Shown: positions 1 through 14,959, counted from the first letter of the whole stretch. The stretch is 63,324 bases of DNA, filler included, from Choristocarpus tenellus KU-1152 (GCA_964200185.2; 11 parts of 11 records of this genome joined end to end with filler, not necessarily neighbours in it), one strand, 5' to 3'. Translations and numbers: made by a program. The notes: generated by a model not told the origin, from the letters alone.

Positions 1-2342
1 CTACTGCTACGTGCACAAAGGAATCCTCGGTGGCTTGTGTCATGGTGTGGGTAATACTAAGAGGACGCTTTGTGTGCAGGACATAGAAGCACTCACTGCG
101 AGAAAAGCTGTGTTCCTCTGTCGTGTCAAGGCAGAACTGTGGAATGACAAGTACTCCTCCTCCCTAAATCTTTGGCATGCGTTGACAGAGATTTACCCTA
201 AGCTTATAGATTGGTGGAAGGAGGGGAGGTGCGACTTCACACATGCTCACCAGCTCAAGTAGATGTTTTTTGGTTTCAGGTCGTACTTGAAGTAAGGGTG
301 TATTTGTCGCAGGCTCCCGCATTTCTGTTCCTTCCACACACTGTGTCCGATAACCAGGTTTGCACGGTCTGGACCATAATTTGTAGACTCTGTAGTTGGA
401 ACTGTACGGCGACCGAGTTTGCACGGTCTGGGGCAAATATTTTAGATTCTGGAGTTTAAACTGTCAGGGTAACCCTAATTCAAGAAAAAATCATAGAAGA
501 AACCTCCTCCCTGCTTTGAATTATGCGACTTGGTCAAGTTGAATGTGTCCTTCTCTTACTAAAGAATCAGCTTTGGTTCAATATTTCGGTTCTCATTTGT
601 ATTTTGGTATTTGCCACGGTTTATGCGACATCACACAGCTACTGACAAATACAAGGCTAATATCCCGTGGGACAATACCTTTTCACCCCCTAAACCGTTC
701 TTCTTCTGATGCGAAGCGAGGTCGATAGCCTTAAACACAAATCAATGTCGAACACAGCATATCGTCCTCATTGCACCTTGTTGGTGAACGCCAGAATCCT
801 TGCCATGTTTTCCCTTCATTGTTTTGAGGGTGCTTTGGTGATTACAGGGTAACACCATTTGGGAATCTATACTTTACAGACACTATCTCCGGCTACCCTC
901 CGTCAAACACAAACACATTCGAAACTTGGCCTAACCTTTCGACCAAAGGAGGGTACACTTCGGTCTTAGTTTTAATGATCGAAGACTGTTCCGCTTATTT
1001 CATGCTACTATTTCTCATAAACATTCACACTTTGATGAAGCTTATATCACTTTCGCGTCATATAGCTCTGGAACATCTATCCTTTGCGCCACACTGTCAC
1101 ATCCTTACATGCCTGCAAGTTTTATGTACATCCAAAATTAGGCGTGCGTCTGTCAACAGGTTGTTTCCCTAATGGTTTCACAATTTTTGCGTAATGGGTT
1201 TCACCGTAGTGTCATCAGTCAAGGAATCGGTCACATTATGCCAAAACCAAAGTAACTAATGATTTAATGACACTAAACGATGACTCTCTATTTTCCATAC
1301 TTCGCAAGCCCACATGTGCATACAACCAGACATATGCAATGCATTGTTGATGCTACCCTTGTAAGCAAATCGACCGAAATATGTGACATGACCCACCCCT
1401 CACCCACATGGACAGCGTCAACCCAACCCACTAACCACAACACTACCCTCCTGTAGATATGCTCCAAAAAACCAACCTAGCCCCTGAACAAACCTTTCCC
1501 TAACCCTTTCCACCTCCAGCATATCCCTCGCTTACTCCAACCGAACCCCCATGAATAGTAGACTATCGACCAACGCCTACGTGAAGAAGTTCTTGATGCC
1601 ATACCTGACCATATTTAAATCAATTACACGATTTGGTCGCTTGACTTTAAAAGCCCAAATGAGAAATTATAATATTCATTACTGTGCATCAAAAAAACAA
1701 ATAAACTAATCTGACTAATTCAAAACCCCATTAATCATGCTTCTTCACAATGGATGTAGACATTTGTTAACCTCACGAAGCGCAAACCACTAGTTAACCC
1801 TAACCAATGAAACAAAATTTCAATACTTCATGAGCAAAGGCACGCGAATATGGGCACTTCACCGTATACCTAAACCAATCCCCAACCAATCTTTTCATTA
1901 ATTCAAGTCAAATTCAAAAATCCGCAAAGTAGTGACAGCATATTTTGCTGGACTTACCCTAACACGACTATAACTAAATTTAATCCACACACCTATCTAC
2001 GAAATACACCTTCAATCCCCCAAGTAAAAGCAAGTTACCCAAAAATAGCGATATGGTAAAATGGACCCCAAATAAACACCCGCCCCCGCCCCCCAGATAC
2101 TTTTACCCTGCCCGTACTGCAGCTCGCCAGCTGGAAGACTTTCTTCCCAATCCAGTCCGTGAACCTTGCGTTGAGTTGGGTAGGACTAGACAGGAAACTC
2201 GTGCCAGAGCTGAAGGGAGGGCAGGTTTTGGTAAAATGAGTCTCCTATTGCAGAGAGGCAACATGTTACTTATGCCTTGGCTGTACAGCCCACACCTGAG
2301 TCAGAGTTGATGAGTACCCCTCCGCATGGTCTTCTTGTTTCT

Positions 2343-2510
2343 GAGTTCAGACCAACCCCTCGATTTTATGCTGAGGCTCAAAAGTCTGAATACTAACCGG
2401 TATTGGAAGAGGACATGTCTAAGGAGTTCCATGGCTTGTTGGAAACAGGTACCTTCAAGTGCTGCAGATGTACCTCTAGGTCGTAAGGCCATTGGTTCCA
2501 AGTGGGTGTT
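2343..2510 (+). mobile_element. Ty1/copia reverse transcriptase N-terminal remnant (degenerate)
   Basis: Reads EFRPTPRFYAEAQKSEY*PVLEEDMSKEFHGLLETGTF, then a frameshift into VPLGRKAIGSKWV. This matches the copia P.T..EA...W..AM..E...L....T...P.G.KAIGSKWV block. One stop and one frameshift. Confidence 0.8.
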
Positions 2511-2519
2511 ATGCACGTT

Positions 2520-3010
2520 TTTGTAACGGGGAAAGGTACTTCGAAGTAAGATACTAGGAGAATTGTCTGTGTATGTGGTGCGATTTACGTCTATTTTAAG
2601 GCAAAAATAGTGCAACATTTTTGTAAATAAATGTATGTTTTCTGGTATGATGTAGGTATTTTTGACCTTCCAATTAAAGATTTCCTTATGAGAGTTCTGC
2701 ACTTCTGATGTGATGTAAGTTTTGTAAGATTTTCGAAGGTAAGGTACACTAGGAGAATTGTGTGCATTTGGTGTGATTTACATATTTTGTCGTCGCGAAA
2801 AGTGCAACAATACAGTGTATACATTTTAGTACTATGATGAAGGCAATGTCTGACCTTCCAAGATAGGCCTCCTTCCAAGAATTGTGCCTTTCTGATGTGA
2901 CGTACGAATTTTGTGAGGGTCAAAGGTAGGGTACATTAGGAGAACTGTCATTATCTGGTGTGATGAACGTATTTTGTCGCAGAGGAAATTCAACTTCTGA
3001 TGGTTTTACA
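2520..3010. repeat. Degenerate ~190-bp tandem repeat, about 3 copies
   Basis: A(C/T)TAGGAGAA(T/C)TGT...GGTG(C/T)GAT recurs near 2553, 2748 and 2936. TTCTGATGTGA recurs near 2703 and 2891. Confidence 0.6.
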
Positions 3011-4590
3011 TTTTTCTCCTGAGTACAGTACAGTGTACGCCTGACACAAAATATATACTCTACGGTATTAGTCATGATGTTGTGCCAACAGTTAACTTTT
3101 GCCTCCCCACCTCTCACTTCAGGGAGCACAGACCTACTGCATCGGACCAGGAAGAAGCAAGTAGTAAACAATCACCACACTAACGCACACACACACTCAC
3201 AAAATCTCCAAGTTTACAGCACTCATTCACTTGTATAGTATACGCGTAGCTTGCAGTTTATCCCCAGCACTTCCATGGCAAAGATTCACAATCAACAGGC
3301 ACCCGTTCTTCCTCGATCCTCCCCATATTCACTCTCCTATCACCCTACCCACTCCGGTCGAGTGGGGGTAAATTAAATTACTACTTCCCTCATTCTCCCA
3401 TCAATGCGTCCCTCTGGCCGTACATCCCCTTGCCTTCCCTTGACAGGCGACAGCATCAACACCTTTCTGCTGTTTAGGGACAGCGTATATGGGGGGGAGG
3501 GAGGTCTGCAATAAGGTGTTCATTTGGGCCCCGACCAGGTGTTGCAAAAACTGTGTATTTCGTTGTCTTCAGTCGTGGAGGGTTGGTCCTTTTTTTGATG
3601 AAGTGTAGCATATTCTGCATTTTAGGGGTGTGTGCTTGGTGCTTGAAACGGTGTGGACTGTGTGATGATGACAAGAAAGTCGCCCTTACATAGAATCCTT
3701 GGTTAGGCGGTTGTTGCTGTTTCGACGTGGTGTGGAATAGGGGTTACCTGTGGTACATTTTTCGCTTTGAGTTTTGGCCCGTGATACTAAGTACGGGAGG
3801 GTATTCCATCTATGTCAGTTTGGCTATTTGTCTGTCAATGAACTTAGTGCCTGAGCAATGCAAAGAAGTCAAGGAGAAGACTTGTTGAGTTATATACACT
3901 GGGACATGATCGTGGACGAATTGTTTGCTGTTAGATTGCTGTTGTCATTGGGGTGTATAGGTTATGTCGCATAGGGTTAGTGCCATGTCACATACACCTC
4001 TTGTGGAGTACGAGACGGTCGGTGTCTAGTGTCTCCGTAAAGGATGAAGGAGTACTGCATGCAATGGACCGTACTAGAACAGGACACGACATAATCATGC
4101 ATTGTAATATTTATTGAATTATGATGTAATAACAGCTACTCCTGTAACACACAAACACGAAAATCTACAATCCGATGTCTAAGTTGTATAGTCTCTAAGG
4201 CATATGAAGGCGGATACTAGTAGGTATAAGAAGACAATTGCAGAATGTATAAACTAAAAACATTGATAGCAATAAGGGCAACAAACCAAGGTATAGCAGC
4301 ACACATATACGTGAACAATATAGGAAAATATGTAAAACTGAACATATTAAATGTGAAGGTGCACTCCCACATCAACAAAGTCCGATCTCCCTAACAGAAG
4401 ACCTCCGTGGAAGCATGTATTGGATTAATGAAGGAGAGGGTGAATCACAAATACGAATACATTTTGCAGCTCGCCCACGCTGTGTCTGTCCTCTGTATTA
4501 CGGCAATGTGGGACTCGTCCAGAACCAGGCCTGTATAGGAGCGCCCTGTTCTGTTCTGTACTGTCCTACAACAAGCTGGGTGTTTCGCAT

Positions 4591-4675
4591 CTTGCCATTC
4601 TTCCATTTCACCTCATAGGGGTAGTTGACTCGCTCCTCGTCAACTCTCACTATGTGGTGGGGCTGGTACCTGGTC
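4591..4675 (-). pseudogene. Chromodomain-like remnant in a stop-interrupted ORF (likely TE-derived)
   Basis: Minus strand reads RYQPHHIVRVDEERVNYPYEVKWKNGK, resembling the Y..E.I....Y.VKW.G chromo motif. The flanking frame has stops. Confidence 0.3.
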
Positions 4676-6516
4676 ACGGTCCTTCACATCCACTGACGGT
4701 CCCATCGAAAGTACAGTCCCCTGCCTTTGGCTATCGCATAAAGTGTTCTTCCCTCGTCCAAATCTGGCACAACCCTCAGTGGCGGTTCTAGGAGGATGTA
4801 TCCCTCAGCATCCTTCTACTCGTCCCTACGCTTCTCCTGGCAAACTATCTGCCGGCGTGTGTTGGATGACACACTCAGCTGCAGCCTCATCACACGGTCC
4901 CTCTTCTCCTTCTCCCGTAGTTCCTCCACCCCCTCTTCAATCTCGCCCTCTCTATCATGTATGACCTCAGTCCAGGGGGCAAAGAGTTCTCACCATAGTC
5001 TTGTAGGTAACACACAGAGTAGACATGCCCCTGAATTGCCTGTGTGAACTTTGCGGACCTCCCCCCATATGATAGCACCCCCACTCGCACATAGGATAAA
5101 GCCGGTGCCTCGACCGAACTTGGCATCGGATGTGTCTCTGAGTCTGCGTTGGCTTTAGAAGCGAATAGGTATCCCACCGAGGGATTGCCGATTGGATTCC
5201 GAAGTGAACCTCTGGTGTTGACCAGGCAGGACGGTGAACGTGTCATCCAGGTCGTTGTGGTGAATGCCTGTGAAGTCAAGGATTAGGATAGCCTGAAGGG
5301 GGGTGCCCTGGGGACCTGGTTGTGCGTCCTACAGCACCAAGACGATATTTGTTGCTATTGGGGATGGTTGATGGGGGCGACCGTGAGGATGTTTGCGTAA
5401 GACGATATTGTTGTGGTGGACATGTGTTGTTTGCAGCCCTTGACAAGAACGAAATAAATAATCAGCATAGATTTCCGAAAAAAAGAAACATACAGACAAG
5501 TCTAGTTTGTGTATTTAGAAATTCTGTGAAAGTTCTCGAGTGTGGTAGTAATGTAAAGCAACGTACAGAAACAAAACAATCATACTTACAATAAGATTTT
5601 TTTTTCAACGGTCCCGAAAGTGGTGTTGTAGACCAAGACACGTTTTTGTATACCAGAAGAAAATATTGTTCCATTGTAATTACCGTTTAGAGAACGAAAA
5701 TAGCATGGCTCTGTCGAATAAATAACCTAGTGTTATCCTTACGTTGTTTGTGCTGACACAAGTATACCACATAGGTTATACGTACCTTTATATTTGGTTA
5801 GATATGATACAGAGTACGTACGTATATAAAATATAATAAGTCAACATTAATCCACACGTCAGTGATGATGGATGGTACAGGATTCCTGATGCACAAGCTG
5901 ACAAATACGCTGGATCTCTCACTAGGATTATTGTGTGGTTGATGTTCTTAGAAGGGACGAATGCCAGTTTGAGAAAACCAGCATTTGAGAATGAACTGAT
6001 CGGTCTGATGTGAAAATCAAAGAAATAGAAACATACTTGAACGTGAGAGAATTCATATGGCAAATACTATACTTGGGCGTTTGACAGATGCCCACTGTTC
6101 CATACTTCCTATCCACCATGTTGTTCTTATTATGGTAATCAATGATGCTATGATGAGGTGGTAATTACGTATATGCGACTAACGACGATGTGCCAATCAA
6201 CACTCAGTATGAACTGGTACAACTGTATTTAGTATTTATTACTATGCCCTCTGACATTTTGCAGATGTGTCAGGGGGAAAACAAATGAAAACTATACATG
6301 TCATCATTAGCCCTAAAGAAATAAAATATCCTTAACGTGAGAACACTATAAAACACCGTAAGTGTGGAAACCACTAATCAGTTACTTCACCACTATCAAA
6401 TATTGTACTACTACTGTTTCCCTATGCTTCCCATCTACCTACTCCTGTGCCCCGGGGGGGGGGAGCTAGTGAGGCATCCCAAGAATCCAAAAGACCCCTC
6501 CATGCCCATCTCCCTG

Positions 6517-6616
6517 NNNNNNNNNNNNNNNNNNNNNNNNNNNNNNNNNNNNNNNNNNNNTTAATTAATTAANNNNNNNNNNNNNNNNNNNNNNNNNNNN
6601 NNNNNNNNNNNNNNNN
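6517..6616. other. Artificial contig linker
   Basis: 44 N + TTAATTAATTAA (stops in all six frames) + 44 N. Confidence 0.99.
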
Positions 6617-6767
6617 AGCTAAGCACTGAGTGGAATATCAAGAAGAGAAGAACAGCTCACACCCTACAAACTGTTGTAAAGGGCAACGCCCCCATAGCGT
6701 CGTTTTAAGGTCGTTGGATTTGAGTTGCACATCCTGTGGAGGTGAGTTCTGAGGGGTGCCTGTAACA
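6617..6767 (+). mobile_element. 3' part of LTR family A (contig starts inside it)
   Basis: Near-identical to 19354-19504 and similar to 27105-27230. Ends GCCTGTAACA with no PBS after it, so a 3' or solo LTR. Confidence 0.8.
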
Positions 6768-9700
6768 CCTCCTAGTAATGTGCCCACTGTGCAAGGCAGG
6801 CCCACAAGGTAGGAACCTCGCTACAAAAGTAGAAAACGCAACCATCGCTAGACCCCTACTTCAGAACAGGTGAACACAGCTTTCCACTGGGTCACAATTG
6901 TTGCCTCAACCCAAGCGATTCTCCTCATGACGGTAGATCTCATTGGACATCCCCAGTTGTCCCAACATCCAAGCCCTCTTCCCCAGAGAATCCTATATTC
7001 TGGAGTAGTTGGCATCTTTCTCTAGCATCAATCCTTATCCTAGCACACGAGATATTTAGAAGTGGCACTAACTGGGGCGATCACTCTACTCCTCTGGAGC
7101 TGCTGCACCAGCAACCTGTACCTTCTCGTGCGCAATGGCAAGACTATCAAGAAACAATCTCCCAGTCAATGCTTGCAGTTGAAACTAACCCAAATCCCCT
7201 TTGTGACTTGGCAAATGAATAAAAATGCCAAAAATAGAGGTGGAAGATGGTGCAATCATGGATATGCCCACTAGGATAATGGCACTAAGTTGTTGTTCCA
7301 AATATCTGTTTCCCTTTCTTTTCCAAGATTTTACTTCTGAAGTCCCCCTGTGAGGATGCGTCCGCCTTAGAAGTGTGAAGGTGCGGCAAAGTGGGACGTG
7401 TTTAAATGAAAAAAACAATTTCATGCATGGAAACAGTGACTGACCTTCAGAAGTCAGCGAGGGAATGGAGTTTATTACGCGGAATCGAAGGGGGCACCCA
7501 GCAATGTGTGGATTGCACAGAGAGAAACCCGCCATTGGGCATTCACGTCGTTTGCTCTAAATTAAGATTCTGGTAGACGACTGCAAATTAATGAAGTCCC
7601 TATACTACAACTACAGTAGGCACAAGTTTGACCAATTCGAGTGTTTTATTCTAGAAAGGAGAAATGCGCACCTTTAAGATGAAGAGAAAGTTTACTGTAT
7701 CTAACAGGACGTGACTGGTCCACACTCTTCCTCACTTTTCATAATAGATATGATGACGTGAGAATGCGGGCAAATTGCCATGATCTATAGTGAGGAGATG
7801 AACGCCCCGGTCCAGGCCATCACATGTGGAAGGCCACTAAGCCTACACAACGAGACTTAGGGAACGGTTACATCTTCCGGCACATGATTACAAGATACTC
7901 GCCTTACACGCTCGGTCTCCCTCGCTCAATCTTCACTGCACTCCTCCTTCGCTTAAGCTATTGACTGCTTGGTCAATGATCTCGTGAACAATCCATCGTA
8001 GAGATGATAGGTCCTACTTCCGCGACCTGTTCAACTACCAACATTACGGATCACGTTTCGTGGTTTGGTGGAAGATAAAGAGAAGAGATATATGTTGGTA
8101 GAAATACACCTTCTGAGGCTTTTGTTTCTATTGAAAAACTGTAAAAAAAGGAGAAATTGAAAAAACATCATCTGACAACTCAATATCAACTACAACTGAT
8201 AATATTTGAATCCAAGCCCCTCAGTCTCTGTTGCCAATGCGGATAGCCTGGGCAGAGCATGCCGTGGCCCTTACAGGTTTCACTCTCTGCTGCAGGTCCT
8301 CTTTTAAGAGTTTCTGGGTCGCACATCGAGGCTCCTCAAAGCTTCTGGGATCTCCGTCTTTGTTGCATAATCGGTCAACTCCCCACACTAATGTATTTGG
8401 CGGCCCTTACAGGCGGAGCGTTCGAGGCAGGAGCCTATTACCTGCTGTATCTCTCAGTGATGCAGAATTACCTGTGACAAGAAAGGAGGCATTTGTATGG
8501 TTTTTTGCGACAGCGGTGTCTGTTTACGGCTCCGTTTCTTCAAAGCCTGTCGAGGCAGAGTCCCTTGGGGTAGTTGATGATCTCCTGTCTGACTGTCCTC
8601 AGGTGAGACTGTTAATTCATCCCCTGCTAGTTAGTGTAGCCAAGCCCTTTATAGTTGGAAAGTGTTGGCTGAGCCCTGCTTAACCGGCCTTCACGCGACT
8701 ACCATGGTTTCTATTGCCATTGTAAATGAAACGAGGATGCACACGCTTAGAACCAAGAGCATACTTTGGTCAAGTCGAGTTGATCATAGTGCAGTAATTC
8801 TGGTGGGTACTTGTCCAGATTCTCGTGCTCACAAGCACCCAGTCATTCTGCCATATCATGCCGACTATCGCAAGTTTGTCGCAATAGAAGTGATGCACTT
8901 GTACTGTCCTCTGGAACCTTAACTGCAATATTACACAGCTGTGCTGTGCTTTATAGCAGGAGTGCCCAGCGCAGCCCAGGTAGAGAACAACTCCCCAGTC
9001 GATCATTGGAGAACATAGGTATCTGTGCTCGATGTCTGCTCTCCATGGGTAGGTATAATAGGGAAATGAACTATCTAACTTGGACCCCCTTCTCGGGTGG
9101 CACCAACCACAAGGCATAAAGATACGCTCGACTTTGGACTGACTTCATTCCACGTTGTCTCTAACGCAAGAAGTCAGTACATGGTGTATACCCACTCTTC
9201 TGATATCCTTCCCATGCCACACCTGCGCCGTCCCACCTCGTGTTTTGTCCGCTATGATCTGTCGCATTTGATCGGGGGTGTCCTGGAAGGTACCCTCATG
9301 TGTAAGCACCCAGGACGATCGACCATACTGCTTCATGGAACCCTGGTCGTATGAGACAACCACAGAGGTGGCCATGAATCGTGTACGGAACTACATTGAA
9401 CTTGATGATGGTGCCAAGGTGCGTTTCGGGAGCCTGCACACTCTATAGCAGGCGGAGATGGGAGAGGGGATATCCATCACTCATTTGTCATATCGGAATT
9501 ATGGTTGGCATTGTTCCCACAATTCAACTTCCTAGTGCAGTAGTAACAATTTTTCTTTTATTGGATTATTTTTGACAAGGCTTGGCTCAGTGGGTAGGGG
9601 TAGAAAACGTGAGTACATTGGATCGTTCCACCAACTTTCAATGTTCCATGTCATCTTTTGATATGTTCTTGCAGTAGTTAATCAAAATGACCATCTATTC

Positions 9701-10278
9701 TTCAAAATATATCGATTATCAAGTATTCTTGCTACAAAACGCTCATAATTGGAAGATAGTGTGCTTCACTACTTTTATGCCGATTTTTCTTTGGCATGAT
9801 GCATAGAGTGAATTGGGTCTGGATAAGGAAACATAAAGGAATTGAACTCAACAAGGTGCATCTCTGATACTAGTATGCACCTACACATTTCAGATAACCA
9901 ACGAAAACCATGACACTGCTAATGAGCTCGGCCAGCCAAGCATTGATGTTTAGGCGGAAAACAGTTGTGGACAAACCAAAAACATTTCAATGAATTGCTG
10001 TTTGCATATTATATACTTCGAAGCACTTGATTGAAATTCCCAATGTGTCAACCAGTGGTTGAACCTCTCACACCTGCCCTCATCTCCCCCCCCAATGTCT
10101 TTCTTCAGCATATCGATCAAAACTATTTCATGATTCCTTCATGTCCCTTAGTCCACTTGTGCCCCAAACCTTCCTGGCTATGTATCCGAATCGCAAGTAT
10201 ACACACCCCTCCCCCCAGACTTCAACCTCATATTAACCCATGAACTGTGAATTTGTTGTTGATCATGGGCCAATATAG

Positions 10279-10482
10279 ATTGTGACGGCCTCACCTCGTT
10301 ATCTGCGAGCAGAATATGAGGTTAGAGCCTCCCTCCCCCCCACAGTGGATGAGGTAGAGTTCTATTTCACCCCAGGGGATGATGTGGTGCAGTTCAGGGC
10401 GGGTCGGAGGGAAGGGCCAACAGATTTTGGTGGCAACCGTAGGCGCATGGAGCGGATGAGGATTGCTCTGCAGTTTGAGCAG
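10279..10482 (+). CDS. Internal exon of a DUF1499-family protein
   Basis: AG at 10277-8, GT at 10483, 204 nt, phase 0. IVTASPRYLRAEYEVRASLPPTVDEVEFYFTPGDDVVQFRAGRREGPTDFGGNRRRMERMRIALQFEQ matches the DUF1499 pattern Y..AE...VDDVEF......V.FRS.SR.G..D.G.NR.R...R..L. Confidence 0.8.
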
Positions 10483-10648
10483 GTGAGAGGGAAGGATTGT
10501 GCATTGGATTTTGAATTGTTGTGTGGGTGTGCGTTGCTTCAGGATTGAATTTGGGGGGAGGAGAGGAGTGATAGGGGAAGTGACACTGAATGCAGTGCAT
10601 TCAAGGTTACACCACTTCTTTTTTTTTCTGATTATGCTCATCCCTACA

Positions 10649-10748
10649 NNNNNNNNNNNNNNNNNNNNNNNNNNNNNNNNNNNNNNNNNNNNTTAATTAA
10701 TTAANNNNNNNNNNNNNNNNNNNNNNNNNNNNNNNNNNNNNNNNNNNN
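10649..10748. other. Artificial contig linker
   Basis: 44 N + TTAATTAATTAA + 44 N. Confidence 0.99.
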
Positions 10749-13700
10749 CCCCCAGATACTTTGGGCCTCAAGCCCATCGTGGCACCTTCAGGTCGTCTCA
10801 TTTTTGTATCAGAAATGAAGCCTGTCAGTTTCTCTCTAGGCTGTAGCAGCGGTAGACACTGCTGCCCACTCCACTCCACCCTCATAGTAACATGTTAACA
10901 TGACATTGTGACGATGCGATGCTTAAATGACGCATGTAGTCATTTATGCATATATAGCATGCCAGTCACCTACATCTCACTAAAGGTATGCTCTCGTCTT
11001 CTCCAACGCATGTCTTCCTACGGGTGCCCAGGATCTGATTGGTAATAACACACACCAGTTTGATAGCCAGATAAGGTCCTGGCTGCGTGCCTCTTCCCCC
11101 AGGAAAAGCTGTTCACTTCGACTTCCGGCTACGGACACCTTCAGTGATGTGGTAGTTGATGTGAGAGGGGGCTGGAGGACAAGACCACATGATATGTGAC
11201 TATTTCATCTATATTATCTACATTTTGCTTTGTTACCCTCACCCCAGATATGTTCCTACGAAAAGGACTTGGTATAGCCCTGATAGGGTGGAAGTGCTAG
11301 GAACATTTCTACATTTACTCCTCTTCCGTCCATCGTCAATGTAACCACCTCCTTGTTCTTTCACTCACTTCCTGCTCAAATACGGATTTCGTTTTTGACT
11401 GCCCACCCCATAACTCCGTACCCCCTGACTTGCTCATTACATTATGCAATGCACATCTGTTTCCTCACCATTGTTACCCAAGAGTCTTAAATCAATATGA
11501 AGTCACATCGATCAAAGAGTGCCTTTCGATTGGCTAGGTTGTTCTTGTTGCCTCTTGGTCTCCTGGCATTGCCTCCACAAGTAAACCCTGGTAACGATAT
11601 ACTCAATCTCATTGCAGTATGATGGGTCGATGTATTGCATGGAGTAAGGAAATTTTTTTAGGCGAGTTACTTTCATAGTGCATGCTGACCATTTTTTGTT
11701 CCTAATCCACAATCAATGCTATCACTCTGCTCGATCGAGCAGGTGGATGTAATGCCATACCTGTTACAGGAAACCGACTATCTACTTAGAAGGAAAACAT
11801 ACACGATGCCAAGAAATGCTATTCTAGCTGATGGGTTACATGAAGGGTGAGTGTGGTCTACGGCAAAGCTCCTCAACACAATGATTCTAACAAAAATATG
11901 GCATGTCTCCTCTCTTCACGAGGTACTCCCCATATAGTGTTCTACTGAATACTGTAAACGAATTCCTTGATCTTCCTATGTATTTATCTTACAAAATGAC
12001 TACTACTGTTGAACGAAATATTTTTTTGAAGGGTCCCACAGTTTTAAGTCTTCAATATGTGCAACTCAATTCCTCCAACAATAATATTGTAGAGGTAGCC
12101 GAATCAAACTTGGTGTTAAATCATCTATCAAAAATATTCCGCACTCACCTGATATAGCAGTGGTTTCTTCACTTGACCTTAAAAAAAAATGAATCTTGGG
12201 TAGTGTGATACTTGTGCATCACACTTGTGGTATTATACGAAGAGGCATTTCCCTCCACGAAACATTGGTATGCAACACACCATTGAATCTGGGCGGACGA
12301 CTTCAGGTTTCATGTAATAATGTAGAAGTACCACAATCTGGAGTGCACACCAATTGGAGTAAGTTCTTGATGCTCCAACAAGTATTACACACTTGGAAGT
12401 ACAACCTTTTGGCCCCCCTGAGCTCCCTTCTACCTTTCCCCATGTTCACAATGTTGACAGGTTTACCAGTGCTGCTGTCATTCAGGTAGAGGAGAATTAA
12501 TACCCGGGCGAGAATGCCATTAATTCAGTACTCCAGACAAATTGGTTAGCACACAACATAGGCGTGAATAGTATTAATCGAAACAGTTGGAATGGCACAT
12601 GATTTACTCATTAATAATCACACATTCTAAATTCTACATGCAGCCGTGGATCTCGGCACATCGATCTATTTTCCACTTTGAGGCTTTCTCCCCTCTTCAC
12701 AAGGTGACACTCGTACGATGTATGCAAAAAGCAAGAAGAGAATAATCCCCCCCCCCAAAGACCTTGCAAGTAAAGCTTGCCATCACGTTCTCACAAGCCT
12801 ATCTACGATACAATATCTGTTCTCTTTGTCATCACAATGTCTTTTTCCGTACCCTACGATGAATTCAGCTTTGACTCTCCTCCAAAACATCAACACCAAA
12901 TAGAAGTCAGCAAGGTTTGGCCTCATGGTCAGTGTTACTTCGTCAGAGCTATTCTATCTTAGAGGGAGGAATCTTTGAGTATTTGGAGACCCTGTTCTGG
13001 TACACTTATGTGTTTTTATCGCTGAGAAAGGCAATTTCGTGCTACCTATGTTGGCAAACGTTTGTCTCTTAGCTTATTATATATCCGCAACCTCCTAGGA
13101 AGAGTTATGTACATTTCAGGGGTGGGAATGGGCAGTCAGGCTGTAGGTTAATAAACAAAACAAAACGGGCTAAAATATACCCCCCTGTAAGATAGATTAC
13201 TCTCAATTCTTGCTTCTTTCGTGCTCTCTATACTACAATCTATCCCCTTCTTTCCTGGTATTTGCAAGGGTGTCCATTTGCCAAGTCTGGACCAGGGCCT
13301 CTGCCATGGAGCTCCCCTTCTGTGCCTCCCAGCTCAACGACTGAAAGGGGGTCTCCAACAAGTCAACTCCAACAGGTCATTGATGTGACTGTATAGCATA
13401 GAGAGAGGAATATATATATAGAGAGCTATCGTACATCTCACTCACAAAAGCCTAGTTCTACTGGAAATATGAGTGCAAGGCTCTACTACTCCTTGACCCA
13501 TCTACTGAAATAAGTGTCTTGCGGGATATTTGTCAAATTTTGATCAAATTTTGATAGTAGGAGACCTCTTGTGTACGTATTTTGATATTGTGGTGGGATT
13601 GGTGTAAGACTTTGCATAGAAAATAATAGTGAACCTGAGTCATGTTCAGACCCAACTGTCCTCTCGGCCACCCCCTCCTTGCACACAAGTTCATTGCAGT

Positions 13701-14959
13701 CTCTTGGCACAGAAGAAGAATATTGGTCTAATATTTGACTAGAGCTTGCATTACTCTGATGAACCTCCATAATGTATCGCAGACAGCTTTTTACAGCTGT
13801 ATGTGCTGAGCTTGACAATCGGGATATGGGGATCCTGCTATCGATCAGCAACCCAAATACCAGTTTGCAGGTAGGGGGAGGCTAAATGCTCGACACGATG
13901 CAAAGTATGTGGATATGTGGATATGTTGACACCTTCCTTCGCTCAAGGAATATTTTCTTAGAAGATACCATGTGTATACACATGGTAGGTCTCTGTGTCT
14001 TAGATTTTGTTATGTTAATGGGTTCATAAAGAGTGACTTAAAAAAAATGTTTGCAACTCTTATGTTATTATGTGGTCGTTTCTTATTGAGGCATTTTCAG
14101 TCTTCTTCAAAATGCATCTACTATCCGTTCAATCAAGTGATTGTATTAAAAGTGACTGTGGACGTTTAGCGGACCCCTTTGTATTAACAAGATAATAAAT
14201 AAGGTGAAATGTCACCACTGTATCAAACAAGTCATCCCACCGCCCAAAATCACAGGAGCGCTGGATTCTCCTCCCCCAAGCTACTGTAAATAGGAGCCTA
14301 GATGGCGCAAACCAGTCTGAAAACTATTCGGATATGGCTCTCTTGGTCCGCCTAGCTACAAAGGAGAACATACTAAGAGATGATGGTGACTCAGCAACTG
14401 GAGGCGTATTAGAGGTTGGAGGAACAAGGAGTGGCACTAAGGCCGGGGGTGGGGGGGTTATAGGGAGGTCTGTGGAGAGGGCGGCTGCCAGTTCAAGGTA
14501 TGGAATATGACTTGCCCTCATTCAGGATGTAATGGGTGTGTTGAATGTTGCTGAGGCTCTGATCCAACATAGTCATGGTACAATACCTACTAGTAGCAGT
14601 ACAAAAATGATGCTGCTGGCACCCAACAGATGCAAATACATCAAGTGCGCCTGTAGACAGACGTTTCGAGATGATCAACCTTTTCTACCCATAACGGAAT
14701 ATGTTGAAGGTTAGTTATACAGGTAAAGTTAGGTTTATATTCCCCCCTTCCCCAGGTCAACCATATTTTTCTAATTTAATATTGTGTGTGTGTGTGTGTG
14801 TTGGTTACATCCTTGTCTTTCAAGGAGTTCGCAAGGGAACTTTGCAAAATAGAGAAAACTCTAGAGGACAGTGAAAGTCCATACCATCCCTCATCCTCCT
14901 ATTGAATTCTTTCAGAACAAGTCCAGCAATGTTAAGGTTTTCTATGCGAAGAAAGAGCC

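Noticed and set aside
11-459. ORFs at the window start
   Set aside because: Short, overlapping and without a recognisable domain or clear splice structure.
8231-9470. Cluster of 70-150-aa ORFs on both strands
   Set aside because: No recognisable motif; probably decayed TE sequence, unassigned.
11056-14521. Minus-strand exon-like segments (11056-11171, 13486-13881, 14324-14521)
   Set aside because: Splice signals are plausible, but there is no recognisable domain and neighbouring segments have stops, so I could not build a consistent gene.
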